A stretch of DNA of 63,690 nucleotides, filler included, from Octopus bimaculoides (GCF_001194135.2; 5 parts of 4 records of this genome joined end to end with filler, not necessarily neighbours in it), one strand, 5' to 3'. Positions 51,142-63,690 are shown, numbered from the whole stretch's first letter. Notes: generated by a model not told the origin, from the letters alone. Program-made: numbers and translations.

Positions 51142-52771
51142 CACGCAAACACACAAACACACATGTATATAGATACATAGACAGATAAAGATATAGATAT
51201 ACAGATATAAATATATTTTTATATAAATATAATTATAATTAACGGTACTCAGAACAGAACAAACATGCTAGAAATAGATGTCAAAATGACTCTAAAACCA
51301 CATTGTGAAGTCCTTTAGCACTGGTGAAAAGCGAGGAAATGAGCAAAAAAGATTTTTTTAAATCTTCAGTACCCTTCATTGTAATTATATTTATATAATT
51401 ACATATCGACATTTATTCTTACCTATATGGTTTTTATTACATGCTGGCCATTAATATGATCGTTATTTTTATAATGACGTCATGCTTACTTATGTATATA
51501 TATATATATATATATATATGCACGTAGACACACACACACACATGTATATATNNNNNNNNNNGTATATATATATATATATATATATATGCGTGTGCGTGTG
51601 TGCAAACATGTACTCTAAGCAGCGACGATTAAATTATCGTTGCCTTATTTTATATTTAACGGGCACGTGTACGAGAATGGGGAATGTTTAAATGAAGGAG
51701 CTGTTATGTTCTTAACATTATCCTCCACTACTTCCATATTCCGTAGATATTTACTCAGATATGAAACTATCCGTATTAGTGCAAAAGAAGCCCATTTTTC
51801 TAGCGACTAAGTATGTTATTTGTTTGTTATTGAGAACGTAGGTTAGACTTCATCTACATTATTACATTGATATTGTGCTGGTGTTGCTGACGTTAACTAC
51901 TTTTAATCTGCAAATAAAAATGCTCTCAACATGTCTTATAGACAAACAATGTAAATCTAGTATGAGGACTAACCAGACGGTTCTTGTATAATGATCATTA
52001 TGCAGGATAGTTTTGATCATAATCTACGCCGATCTGTTTATTCTTAAACATAATATCAATCTCCAGCAAGTCGATAATTGACATACAGAGATAAATGATA
52101 CAATTATACAACATGTACGGGAATTACGTTAAACATCAGTGTTAAGTGAACGTAGATGGATAGATGCCTCCTTTTCTAACGCTAAAGCTTACAGCTGTTT
52201 GCAACACCAATATGTCTGCATCCATGAAAATAGATTCTTAGAATAAGTCAAAAAACGGAGACGCTATGAGTACTTGATTTTCTCAAAATACTTAATGAAA
52301 AAATAGAACTATAAAATTAATAAAGAGCTTTCAAAGTGTCAAAATTATAAAGAATGTTTCTGTTATTTAAATGCTATTTCCAGATAATAGCAATCTTGGT
52401 AAACACCTTCCTTTATTGATAGTCGATAGTTTGGTAAAAGTGAGATACATTTTGAAGAAGTGATATGTTTTTGAAAGTATTCCAGTGAGTAACAAAATTA
52501 AAGACTTCAGATTTAGAAAATGTCGTCAACAAATGCAGCCAGATTATGCAAAACGAAAGACAAGATACTCAGTGTATAAGAAAAAGAAGCAAGTTATTGG
52601 TCAACCATGAACATTGCTATATGTGGATCGCAAGGATTTTCTTAAACGTTTGTCCTTATTTTTACGGTAACGAACACCGTCGAAGACCACTGCTCTGCCA
52701 ATAATAATTGGCTAGAATAATCTGATATTAACATCTTGTATGATAATATAGGCCTGTGAAATAATATAAGT

Positions 52772-53012
52772 GGGGGCGTGTGACTTAATGGTTAGGGTGT
52801 CCACATCATGATCGTAAGATTGTGGTTTCGATTCTTTGACCGGGCGACGTGTTGTGTTCTTGAGCAAAACACTCCATTTCACGTTGCTCCAGTCCACTCA
52901 GCTGGCAAGTAACGCTGCGATGGACTGGCGTCCCGTCCAGCTGGGGAACACGTACGCCATTGAAATCGAGAAACGGGGCCCATGAGCCTAGCTAGGTTTT
53001 AAAAGGGCGCAT
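52772..53012 (+). mobile_element. SINE family C (tRNA-like head, CORE-like centre, distinct tail)
   Basis: ggggcgtgtgacttaatggttagggtg...ggtttcgattc...ttgagcaaaacactccatttcacgttgctccagtccactcagctggca...gcgatggactggcgtcccgtccag. Confidence 0.8.
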
Positions 53013-53328
53013 TTGATTTTTTTCAAATAATATAAACATTTCATGTGCATGTTTATGATAATAAGAGCCTGTGAAATAAAATAAACATTTCATGTACGTG
53101 TTTGGAATTGATATATTGTAAAAAATACAATTTGTTTTTGGCGTATCATGATATAGCCTATTTCTAGAATTTAACACAGTTCAAAAATCTAACACTTAAA
53201 AAAAACAAAACAAGACAAACAAACAAACAAGATAAATTAAAAATAAAAGAAGCAATAGAAGGGAATACAAAACACACCATATATTTTAAGTAGCACAGAG
53301 AAGAATGATTTTCACACATACAAACACC

Positions 53329-53413
<85 letters not shown>

Positions 53414-53957
53414 GCACACCCACGTATGTATATGTACGTATCATGATTGGTGCTTTTGAATTTCAAAATTATATTCAATGAATTTAATATCGTAATTTTT
53501 ACCATCCAGACCAGTTCAATGTATTTTTGCTTCACTGTAAAATCTATAATGAGAAATAAGTTTACATAGGCATAAATTGTTTGAAACATATTTCGAGCAA
53601 TACATTTGCAGAAAGAAAACTCTTACTTATAGTTCAATTAGACATTTTATGTCCTGAAGAAATAGTTTTGACATCACATTCAAATTAATTGATTGCATAT
53701 CTTGTATATTAATTACGCAATGTTTATATCGTTGAAGTTGGCAGTAATTAAACAGTAGAAATTGCTGTAGAATATTGAAATATCAGTGAAATATTTGCTA
53801 TTTGTTTTTACACGTACGTACACACTAACATATCCCCTACACACACAAGTACAAACACACACACACACATATATATGCATGCATCTCTATGTATGTATGT
53901 ATGTATGTATGTATGTATGTATGTATGTATCTATCTGTCCATCTGTTTATCTACCTT

Positions 53958-54172
53958 CCGCGGTTGGATCGCTGCCTTGTATAGCGGCATCCGATCGGTA
54001 ATACGGGTAAACGGTCACCTGTCAAAACCGTTCGACATCACGCGTTCGGTCCGTCAGGGATGTCCCTTGTCGGCGCTTCTGTATGTATTGACGATCGAAC
54101 CACTACTGCGGAAGCTGGCGACACTGAGGGGTATCCCACGAGAGCTGGGTTGCGGGACGAGCGTGTCTGCAT
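53958..54172 (+). mobile_element. L1/Tx1-type LINE reverse transcriptase fragment, cut by the join spacer
   Basis: VIRVNGHLSKPFDITRSVRQGCPLSALLYVLTIEPLLRKL. Confidence 0.85.
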
Positions 54173-54173
54173 A

Positions 54174-54273
54174 NNNNNNNNNNNNNNNNNNNNNNNNNNN
54201 NNNNNNNNNNNNNNNNNTTAATTAATTAANNNNNNNNNNNNNNNNNNNNNNNNNNNNNNNNNNNNNNNNNNNN
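54174..54273. other. Artificial join spacer N44-TTAATTAATTAA-N44
   Basis: Same structure as 28132-28231. Confidence 0.9.
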
Positions 54274-54878
54274 ACAGGAAGAGTCTCATGCGCATGCGTA
54301 GAGTTCGACACCCAGCTTTGGCGCCTTTTCTCAGTCTCTTCGTTGACTGATCTCCGTCGAGCCAAGACGTCCAACAGAGCTCTCTCACATGTCAGCACCA
54401 GAGCTCTCTCACATGTCAGCACCAGAGCTTCACAAATAACCACAGAAATCATTCAGGAGGCGTCTCAGCAACCGAGGGCGACGAGCTACCGAATTCCCTC
54501 CAAGCGTGAAATGAATTCCACTGTAAATAAATATTGTTATGTTGTTCAGAATCTGCGTTCCGTTGTTTCTTCTAGAAATATAATGTACGGAAGCGGTGTA
54601 CACCTAATGGTGTATAACCACTTTCCTACACACTGACACCCAAACAGCTGAAAGTAAGAAGAACTGTTATTACTGGGAAGAATAATTTATTTCACTGATT
54701 TAGAATTACCAGAATAACCAAATGCTATATATCGTGCGCTACACGTGAGAGACAATTGTGGTACGGATAAGCTTCATTAGACAAGTCAATTACAAGTCAC
54801 GGTCATTTTCGACGGCGACGACTTTTGTTTTCATTAATCAATCAATCAATCAATTGATTAATTAATTAATTAATTAAT

Positions 54879-55075
54879 TCTTCTTCTTCTTCTTCTTCTT
54901 CTTCTTCTTCTTCTTCTTCTTCTTCTTCTTCTTCTTCTTCTTCTTCTTCTTCTTCTTCTTCTTCTTCTTCTTCTTCTTCTTCTTCTTCTTCTTCTTCTTC
55001 TTCTTCTTCTTCTTCTTCTTCTTCTTCTTCTTCTTCTTCTTCTTCTTCTTCTTCTTCTTCTTCTTCTTCTTCTTC
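54879..55075. repeat. Long pure (TTC)n microsatellite, about 65 units
   Basis: Direct reading. Confidence 0.97.
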
Positions 55076-55800
55076 AGATGTCTGTAAGTGTAGCAACAAC
55101 ACTGTTCGAGGTGTAGGAGTAGTACTCCATTGAACGCTTCACGAATTTCGTTACATAGCAATTGTTGTGAAATGAAACATTTTCTGGCTTTGACGAGGAT
55201 CGTTAGACTTTATGAAACAGCTTTTGCTATGTTGATATGTAATCAACAACAAAAAATGCCAGATACTTGCTAGTGTCTTGCATTTTTTGTTGCAGATGCG
55301 GCTGTCCTATCCATGTGTTGCAATTGGGTGCTCGTTCTGAATAGCATCTTGATCATTTACTTTCATGCACCTTGTCAGTCCAGATTGACTGGAAAATTCC
55401 CTACCACATAGATCGCATTTCAAATAGCCTTGATATGTGATTTAGTCTCAAGCATACAGACACGGTGTCTCCTTTTTCTACTTTTCAACTGATTCTGTGC
55501 CGAATCACTAAATTTAGTCCTTACACCTTAAATTATTTTCCAGCACCATGTTTCCTGTATACATTGATTCACAACTTTCAAGAATAACGTTAACGGCATC
55601 CGTCTCACTTGACTCAGAGGGTCTGCTAGAACTTGATTGTATTAAATCTGAGACCTTTCACTATGTTTGCAGATGTGACTTATGAGGCCAACTTTACAGA
55701 CGTAAATTCGTTCAAACTCATCACCCTCGAACCGTGGAACTGTTGGGCCAACAGGTTCCCTTATCCTGGCTGATCGCTTTACGTTTGTGCATTCTGAATG
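55076..55800 (-). mobile_element. Degenerate RTE-like LINE 3' end or ends, with C2H2-like motifs and a (GAA)n tail
   Basis: LKCDLCGREFSSQSGLTR and RIYVCKVGLISHICKH resemble RTE C-terminal Zn-finger motifs; the minus strand runs into (GAA)n. Confidence 0.45.
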
Positions 55801-55807
55801 GTATGCT

Positions 55808-56485
55808 AAGAGACAAGAGGTTGAGTATGAAAGCAAAAAGAAGGTGTGTATGAGGGTGTGATTGTGCCAACAATGTTATATGGTGCAGAGACGTGGGGGC
55901 TGAGAGATGCGGAAAGGAGGTGACTAGATGTGCTTGAGATGAGATGTTTGAGAGCTATGGTTGGTTTGATACGGGTGGACTGGATGAGGAATAGAGAGGT
56001 GCGAAGGCGAACAGGAATAAGAGAAAAACTAACAAACAAAATGGATAGACGAATGTTGAGGTGGTTTGGCCACATGAAGAGTATGGATGAGGAGCGGATG
56101 GTAAAGAGGGTGATGAAGGCAGAAGTGGTCGGCAGCAGAACTAGAGGCAGACCTCGATTTGTGTGGATGGATGGAATGATGAAAGCGTTGGTGGTTAGAG
56201 GTGTTGGAGAGAAAGAGGCAAGAGAATTTACAAATGATAGGAAAGCTTGGAGAGTGTTTGTGGATGAAGGAGTGAATTTGGTGTTGCTCAAAGTGGTACG
56301 GAACCAGCATGATGCGGCGGGGGTAAACCAGCATATGCTCTCAGGTCCCGCTGTTGTGATTGGGGATTGCGTTCTATGTCTTCACCCGAGCATAGAACGG
56401 GACTCGCCTCTTTGAGCTGGGAAATGAATGGAATGCCTGGTGTGTGTCTTGTGGCTACCCACTCCTAAAAAAAATGGGGAATAGG
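55808..56485 (+). mobile_element. RTE-clade LINE, 5'-truncated 3' end
   Basis: VIVPTMLYGAETWGL...LEMRCLRAM...MLRWFGHMKSMDEERMVKRVM...RTRGRPRFVWMD...DRKAWR. Confidence 0.9.
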
Positions 56486-57337
56486 CCTGGGTATGGTCTT
56501 GCTTCAAACGTTAGAATTCTTCTGTACCCATAGAACGAAGATTGCATTTATGTTTTCTTCGAATATAATGTAACAAGGGAAGTAACTATAGTCAAAAAGT
56601 TATCTCCCTTGCAATGGCAATACGATTGTGTCCCCCCCCCTCCCGTTTTCATTTAGAAACGTTTCAAGAGTTAATCCTATATTAAATGTTTCTGCTGAAG
56701 CAGACATCACTAAATATCATAGAGCTAAGTCAGGTCTAAAACCACCGCATGAGTCACTACATGGTCACTTGGCCTGTAGTAATAACAGCCAAATTATCCT
56801 CAGACCACTTCATACCGTTTTAAAACAGATGTGTAGGGTAATGTAATGTGAGAACGATCATCGATTGGCCTGCGTTCAGCATATATCTGCTCACTAGGGA
56901 CAGATTTTGAGCTATACACCAGCAGCACCACCACCACCACCACCAGCATCACCACCATATACAGAATATCAGATTTTAAAGATTACTAGTAAATTATGAA
57001 ATCTTTAATATAACAATTTATAACAGGCACGGGCAACGTTTTTCGATAAGAGAATCGCATAAGACATGGTTCATTGTTAGGTGGGCCACACTTTTAAACA
57101 AAAGAATTAAAGTTAACTTTTTATTAGTTGTGCCACAGGTTGTCGATGACTGCTAGCTGCCCATGAATGTTATAAAAGTTACAACATTAAATAATGATTT
57201 GCAATGAACAAAACTTTAATATTATCCTAAAAAGTGGGATAAACGACATTGGATAAATCTGGTCATTTCGCAAGACCCAGACTACTTTAAAAGAAATGCA
57301 AATGATTTCTTCTTGATATCAATTTAGAAATGAAATT

Positions 57338-57955
57338 GGCGGCGAGCTGGCAGAAACGTTAGCACGCCGGGCGAAATGCTAAGCGGTATTTCGTCTGCCG
57401 CTACGTTCTGAGTTCAAATTCCGCCGAGGTCGACTTTGCCTTTCATCCTTTCGGGGTCGATTAAATAAGTACTAGTTACGCACTGGGTCGATATAATCGA
57501 CTTAATCTGTTTGTCTGTCCTTGTTTGTCCCCTCTGTGTATAACCCCTTGTGGGCAGTAAAGAAATAGGTATTTCGTCCGACTCTACGTTCTGAATTCAA
57601 ATTCCACCGAGGTCGACTTTGCCTTTCATTCTTTCGGAATCGGTAAAATAAGTAGTAATTGAGTACTGGGGTCGATGTAATCGACTTAATCACTTCCCCG
57701 AGCTTGCTGGTCTTGGGTGAACATTTGAAACCATTGTGCAAACGAAACTATGTCAGCGAGCTTGCAGAATTGGCAGAGTGCCTGAAAAATGCAATATTTC
57801 TTACGATTCATTACGTTCTGAGTTCAAATTTTGCCGTGGTCTACTTTGCCTTTCATCCCTTTGGAGTTGAAAAAGTACCAGTCAAAAACTTGGGCCGATG
57901 TAATCAATCAACCTCTTCCTCTGAAATTGTTGACCTTGTCCCAAAATTAGAACAA
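57338..57955 (+). mobile_element. Cluster of SINE family B: dimeric copy 57338-57733 plus monomer 57752-57955
   Basis: Head (ggcggcgagctggcagaaacgttagc...gagttcaaattccgcc) and core gtcgactttgcctttcatcctttcggggtcgat occur three times in tandem. Confidence 0.9.
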
Positions 57956-58774
57956 GAGGATGCCTTGAGGTATTTGTTCAGGCTCTTTGCGTTGTGAGTT
58001 CAAATTCCACTATGGACCGTTTGCGTAATAGACTTAATCCGTCGCCCGATTTCACATCACCACCTAGTGCCTAGGGTACCTTTAGCAGTGTCTTCACTGT
58101 GACAAGCGTTCGACACCCCCGTTTCAGGATATCTTCCTCTTTTCCTCTCCTTCTCTTTCTCTCCCACCCCATCTACCAGTCTCGATAGCTCTGTAATGTG
58201 TCAAAGAACGGGCGAGCCGGGATATTGTTTACGTCTGTTCGCGTCTAAATAGGCACCCAAGACCACCCGCGAAAGCGTAGTACAGATCACCATGTCATAC
58301 TCGTTCGTGAGTAACGGCTAGCTATTTATAAATGGGGTCTCAGGAAAAAGAAACTGAATCTTTTAAAATACAATGCATTTACCTTACAATTTAATCAGAC
58401 TAGTTTCCTTCAAAATAATTCCCTATACAGATGGTTATAGTCAAGTCAGGGATCTCAACACAAGCTGATGAGACCTGCAAATCAGGTGTCAGCGACTAAA
58501 CCAGCTTACCATTTGAGTAGCTCGTTACTCTTGTGAGTGTCTGGACACGCAGCAGGACCAAAACAAGACACGTCGAAGGACAGAGAAGCTCTTTGTGGGC
58601 CAACAGCCATCCTTTTAGGAAACCATACCAGTATCCTTTTGGTAAACCATGCCAGTATATCTGTCAAGAAAACATTATGAGATAAGCAGAACAAAGTAAT
58701 GCTATAGCTTCATCTGATGGGAGAACTCGCGCTTAATCGAGAAGACTCGTTGTAGTGTCCTCAACGCGCAGCAA

Positions 58775-58810
<36 letters not shown>

Positions 58811-58849
58811 ATGATGCATAATGAGGACGACGATACAGATGATACCCGA

Positions 58850-59330
58850 CTCCCAACGTTTTCATCAATGTTCGAAAGCGTCTCGGAACACGTTTTTAAG
58901 AGTAGTGCAGTTGAAGACAGTTATTGAAGCGATTTTTGTCGATATCTTGTAATGTCGAAATTGATGACTTTTCAGGGTGGATTTCAAATTTGAGAATAAA
59001 AATAATCCGTAGAAGCGGTAAACAGGAAAGTAGGGTGGTTGGGAGAGGCAAGTCGTCTCCTGATTTGCTAAAAGATCACGGACAAAATATCACGTGTGAG
59101 TGGGTGCAGCAACTAGGCTTTGTTTGCCCATGTATCAAATCTCTTCCTTCTACATAAACCCTCCAAAATGCTTTGGCGCATCCAAATAAAACTCTTTATT
59201 AATTGTCTGATCATTTTGAATAAACTCATGGTAAACGATGTTTTTCCAATAAATGAAGACGATTTACAACATCTTCACATTAAACTGACTTTGACCTACT
59301 TATCTCGGTCACTGTGGCGACTTTCTTTCT
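58850..59330 (-). mobile_element. Mariner transposase catalytic-domain relic
   Basis: SQFNVKML.IVF...IVYHEFIQNDQTINKEFYLD; VRDLLANQETTCLSQPPYFP (degenerate PPYSPDL). Confidence 0.75.
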
Positions 59331-59753
59331 GTTTCGCCATTCTAACCGTTCGATACTAACGTTCTGTCACCTCTCAAGAGACTTACTACAGGGATAAATG
59401 CAGTCGTAGAAAAGCTTTTTGGCGGCAGCATTAATCGCACTCAATCTGTTGCCCTGTAATACTAAATAGTCGTTGGTACCACACCGGGTGATTGTCAAGT
59501 CCTTTTGTCAGGTATTGATTTTTCTCCTACTGAGTTCCGAGCAGTCTGGTGAGGGTTTATTCGCAGACGACCGATACATGCAACATGTTGCCAATAGCAC
59601 CCAGGAGAAACCTGATATCCATACATGCGCGCAGACACACATATACGCATTTAAATTGGCAAAGTCAATGTATTTATGAATGTAGCCATCGTCACTAAAA
59701 ATTTCATGATATAGTTAAAAGCTGAAGTCTCCGAGATATAAGCGACACACACA

Positions 59754-59814
<61 letters not shown>

Positions 59815-59939
59815 ACACAGATACACACACACAGACACATTACACTTGTATGTATACACTTGTATGTTCGGGATTTATTCGACAGTTCACATAAAGGGAA
59901 AGAAAACAGTCTCCCATTCAAAAATTCAAGTATTTATAG

Positions 59940-60726
59940 AAAAAAATCAAGACTCATCAATTAGATTATGTCTTGGAGATAACAATTTACACAAAGCAAC
60001 CGCCCTCATCTTCTGCTACGGCCTAAAAATGGTTCCTCTTTGTGCCTCTGGGAAGATCTTCGAACACTTCCTTGATCTTGGCCGCCAGCTGAGACTTTAT
60101 GTTGCAGGCAGAGTGCTTGATGTCTTTCTCAACTATGTCCCACACATAGTAACCCGTTGGATTACAAATCAGGGGAATTGCGTGGCCAGAAATTGAGACA
60201 GGTGAAATCGTAGAAATTGTCCGACAACCACTTATGACTCTTTTCCAGAGGTATTGGCAAGGAACCGAATCCTTCTGCCACACATATGGTCTTCCAGCAG
60301 TAACCCTCTCCAATCAGAGATTGACTACAGTTTCGAGTAGGTTTACATTGCCATCTGAACTGAGCCTAAAGCCTTGCTCAAATATGTGCGGATGAATTCA
60401 GGAATCCCGATGTAGTCAGAATGTTTGTTATGTTCCTTTCTGCTGGCCACGGCTTCGTAATCTCTATTGTATTTGTCCATGTCACATCTTGCAGCCCTTA
60501 CGGTGGCCATACAGCATTGGACAGCCTTCATAATGTCGGCATTTTGACACGTGGCACGAATCATCTTGATACAGGTAACTCTTTTCCAATATTCATATGG
60601 CTCCCAATTTTCTGTGTCAACTTTAATCATTATGCTCTCCAACGCTGTTGACTGTTCACCAACACGTCAAGCTGTTCATGAAAAAGGGAGACACATAAAA
60701 TTGTCAAATTTAGCCCGAGCACCCTG
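59940..60726 (-). mobile_element. Tc1/mariner (maT/DD37D-like) relic with one intact terminus
   Basis: AGRPYVWQKDSVPC, CNPTGYYVWDIVEKD...LAAKIKEVFEDLPR; terminus TA-cagggtgctc at 60726. Confidence 0.8.
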
Positions 60727-60735
60727 TATGTTATA

Positions 60736-61577
60736 CGTGGGCTGATCAATAAATATCCGGAGTATTGCCACACTAACGAAGCCGCTGGGCACAAGCTTTA
60801 ACGCTCTGACTCACTTCTGTTGTTTACAGCAGTGCTTGGAAGGAAGGTGTGTAGCGTGTGATCGTCGCATTGACCATGACAGAGAAAGTTGACCAGAGAA
60901 TCTGAATCAAATTTTACCAAAAGTTTGGTGATAACTGCTCACAAGCCTGCACAGAGTTTTCCAAAAGTTTTCCTCGTTCTCAACACAATTAAGGAGATTT
61001 TGTGCAACTGAAATCCGAGTGTCTTCTTGGTCAGCTGAAAGCAGTTTTGGCACAAACTTGACAGACACGCGTCTCACACTCAAATCTTCAGTGATAATAG
61101 ATTGAACTGAACTGTAGCTAATCTGCACATCTTCTGATAAATCACGGATGCTGATTCAACGGTTTCCCCTCACAGCCGCACGCACATCTGCAACATTTTT
61201 TCTCAGTTCTGCTGGTTGCGGGTCTCCCAAAACATTAGTCAATATCGACATATTTTCGGCCATCTTTGGAATATCTAAACCACTCATACACTTGTGTGTG
61301 GCTCATACACTCCTCTCCATACACTTTCTGTAAAATTTGCGCAGGCCTCTGAGCAGATATCGCCATGACAACTTTCTCTGTCATGGTCAATGCGACGATC
61401 CACGCTACACACCTTCCTTCCAAGCACTGCTGTAAACAACAGAAGTGAGCTAGAACGTTAAGACTTTGTGAGCATGCACAGCAGAGTACAAGGTCAATCT
61501 TTGCCAAGCAGCTTTACTTTGTATGCTTTAGTTTCGTTACTATAGCAACAGTCCTAGTACTTATTGATCAGACCTCG
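60736..61577. mobile_element. Mariner element with TIRs and TA flanks, made of two inverted 5' ends
   Basis: Inverted repeats cgtgggctgatcaataa / ttattgatcagacctcg; MTEKV start on both strands; minus copy continues VYGEECMSHTQVYEWF...SVKFVPKLL. Confidence 0.88.
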
Positions 61578-62439
61578 TACACTGTAAATAAAATTACATG
61601 ATTATTTCACTTCATGAATATTGTTTAATATGCATGTATGCATGTATGTATGAATAAACACATGTTAATATATTTACTTATATATGCATACGTGCATATG
61701 TATAATGCATTAATATATACACATATAAATGCAAATACACATACATATACACATGAATACATACGTCCATAGACACAAGTGCGCGCACACCTATATCCAC
61801 ATGTATTATTGAGGTAATTAACCAGCTCAGCACTCACTGTAAGGCACTGAATTGACTTTTACGCTTCTAACTTTTTAGGATGATTACTTGGATACTATTG
61901 CTGTGTATTATATTGGTTTTTGGTTTCATATATTTGATTGTGTTTGTTCTAGTATTATGTCAACCTTATTAAAGATGGCTTCATCGTCGGATAATGCAAA
62001 TATACTCTTGTTCATGCTGATCTGTATATGTTCTATGACGTTTTTTTAAAATTTCAGTTGGTATTATGTGTGTATGTAAAATGACGCGTTATTGGAGTTC
62101 TTGAAGGGTTCAAAACGATTTCGAAATCAGTCTAAGTGTACCATGCAAAGAGACCTCCGTTGTAGACTTTGCTCTGACTGTTACCCTTAGGCCGAATTTG
62201 TCGGCTGTTATATTTCTTCGCTGTCAATTGTATGCCCAACTGCGCTATTAGAAAACAAAAGCCCATCATCCCTGTACAGGCCAACGCTATTGACATCAGA
62301 AAAACTTCCCTATTCATTAAACAAGAACAACCTCCTATCTTACATAATTTAACCAAATCAAAGCTACCTATCATCGTTCAAAATCACCATCCAATCCTTG
62401 AATCACGTTAAAAAGGAGAAATTATCTGGCATGCAGAAT

Positions 62440-63230
62440 AACCTGCAGGCTACTTTAAGAAATATTGTGTAAATTCTCGGGAAATCGCTGGTTTTTCTAA
62501 TGATTCCCCCATTGATGAAAGGATAATAAGTAATGATATCGAAATAAATTTACCTTTATTTCATTTTCGATCTGATGCAGTATTGTTTCATTGAGTCTAA
62601 TTTTTAAATCGCATTGGGTCAGCATTTACTCTGGATTAATGAATATACGTTTGGATGACATTTTGAAATTTTGTTTGTATATCCTTGACTATGGTGAAAG
62701 TTGTTTTCGTTTGGTAAGGCATTTAAGTTTAGTTTGCATCTTATGTTTTGTTGCCAGCTGATGAACTTTTACGCGTATTTCATTGTATTTGTTGCTGCTT
62801 GTTATTTAGTGGAAGCTTACAAAGTTATTGTGTAAAAGGTCGCTACGAGTATCTCTGCTTGCTTCGTATAGGTTTCTTGTATCTACAAAAACGAATAGAG
62901 TTACTGGAGGACTTTGTTTTGGTGGATTTTAACCGAGATTAATTTGATCAAGAAATATTTCATCTTGTTAATTTCCACACTCGTCATTAAGAATAGAATT
63001 TCGCGAATGAATCTAGTTCCTTGTTTTGTGGTGAAAATTTCGAGTTGTGTGAAACTGGGGCTGTTTCCATCTTGTGTGAATTTATTCTCTTTGTTCAGAA
63101 AAAAATAAGCCTTCCACTTCATTCGTTGAATTACAGTTTCCATTTTTCAGTAATATTAAAAAAAATTTTCTGGGTAGTGTTAGAATGTTTTTGTGGTGTG
63201 GCTCTTGTATATTATTTTCATTGTTTTTAT
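62440..63230 (-). mobile_element. Penelope-like element, Naiad-type N-terminus and start of RT, degenerate
   Basis: METVIQRMKWKAYFFLN resembles the Naiad IKRMRWKAFFF motif; downstream FDIITYPFI..SLEK resembles the FDIxxFYPSI RT motif. Confidence 0.65.
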
Positions 63231-63690
63231 TGTTATTAATTGTAATGTATATATACGCACACAGTGTTTAACAGACAAACACTCAAAGTCTTTCTTGAGA
63301 GTTTCAAAAAGGATCCCCCACTTTAATGTATAATAGACGTCAGCCCACGACTACAAGTACATCCAAAACCATTCTATTTCTTTCTAACTGGAAGGACCAA
63401 CCGAACAAAACCACAGTTTGGGTTGTGTAATCCTATCGGGTATGAATTAACACATACCCAAGCGCACACGTACACACGCACATATACTCGCTATCTGCCT
63501 TTCTATTCCGCTTTCTCTCTCTGACTGTCTGTCTGTCTCTCACACTCACACACATACACGCACATACACACTTGCATTATCTGTTTGACTCTCTCTCTCC
63601 CTCTCTTGCACACACACACTCACTCTTTGTCACACACTCTCTCACATACACACATACACACATACACACACGTCCTCCCCTCCCTCCCCT

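Noticed and set aside
54866-55161. Poly-E and poly-K ORFs
   Set aside because: These are translations of the (TTC)n tract.
57022-57152. hAT-type MITE
   Set aside because: The termini match only weakly and no 8-bp target duplication is present.
57338-57425. tRNA gene
   Set aside because: A/B-box-like sequence only; it continues into a SINE body and no full cloverleaf is evident. The same applies to the other SINE heads.
58464-58505. CTGATGA followed by a hairpin
   Set aside because: No GAAA box follows the stem.

Overview
Repeat-saturated, AT-rich eukaryotic genomic DNA, most likely octopus (inferred from tRNA-derived SINE families and very dense CA/TA/TAA microsatellites), with many N gaps. 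Four identical 100-bp spacers (N44-TTAATTAATTAA-N44) split the window into five joined pieces that may not be contiguous in the genome. The only convincing host coding sequence is one 225-nt exon of an outer-arm beta-type axonemal dynein heavy chain (35595-35819). The rest is decayed mobile DNA: two Helitron RepHel fragments, tandem R4/Dong-type LINE 3' ends inside a TAA microsatellite, RTE and L1/Tx1 LINE pieces, Penelope-like elements (GIY-YIG; Naiad-type RT), several Tc1/mariner relics and MITEs, a Merlin/IS1595-like relic, and dozens of SINEs. The most interesting signals are (1) several minimal type I hammerhead-ribozyme motifs, one inside a 356-nt directly repeated unit that resembles a retrozyme; (2) a diverged copy of the dynein exon end joined to a Helitron fragment; (3) a mariner element built from two 5' ends; (4) perfect long palindromes. 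All family assignments come from motif recognition by eye, not database searches.
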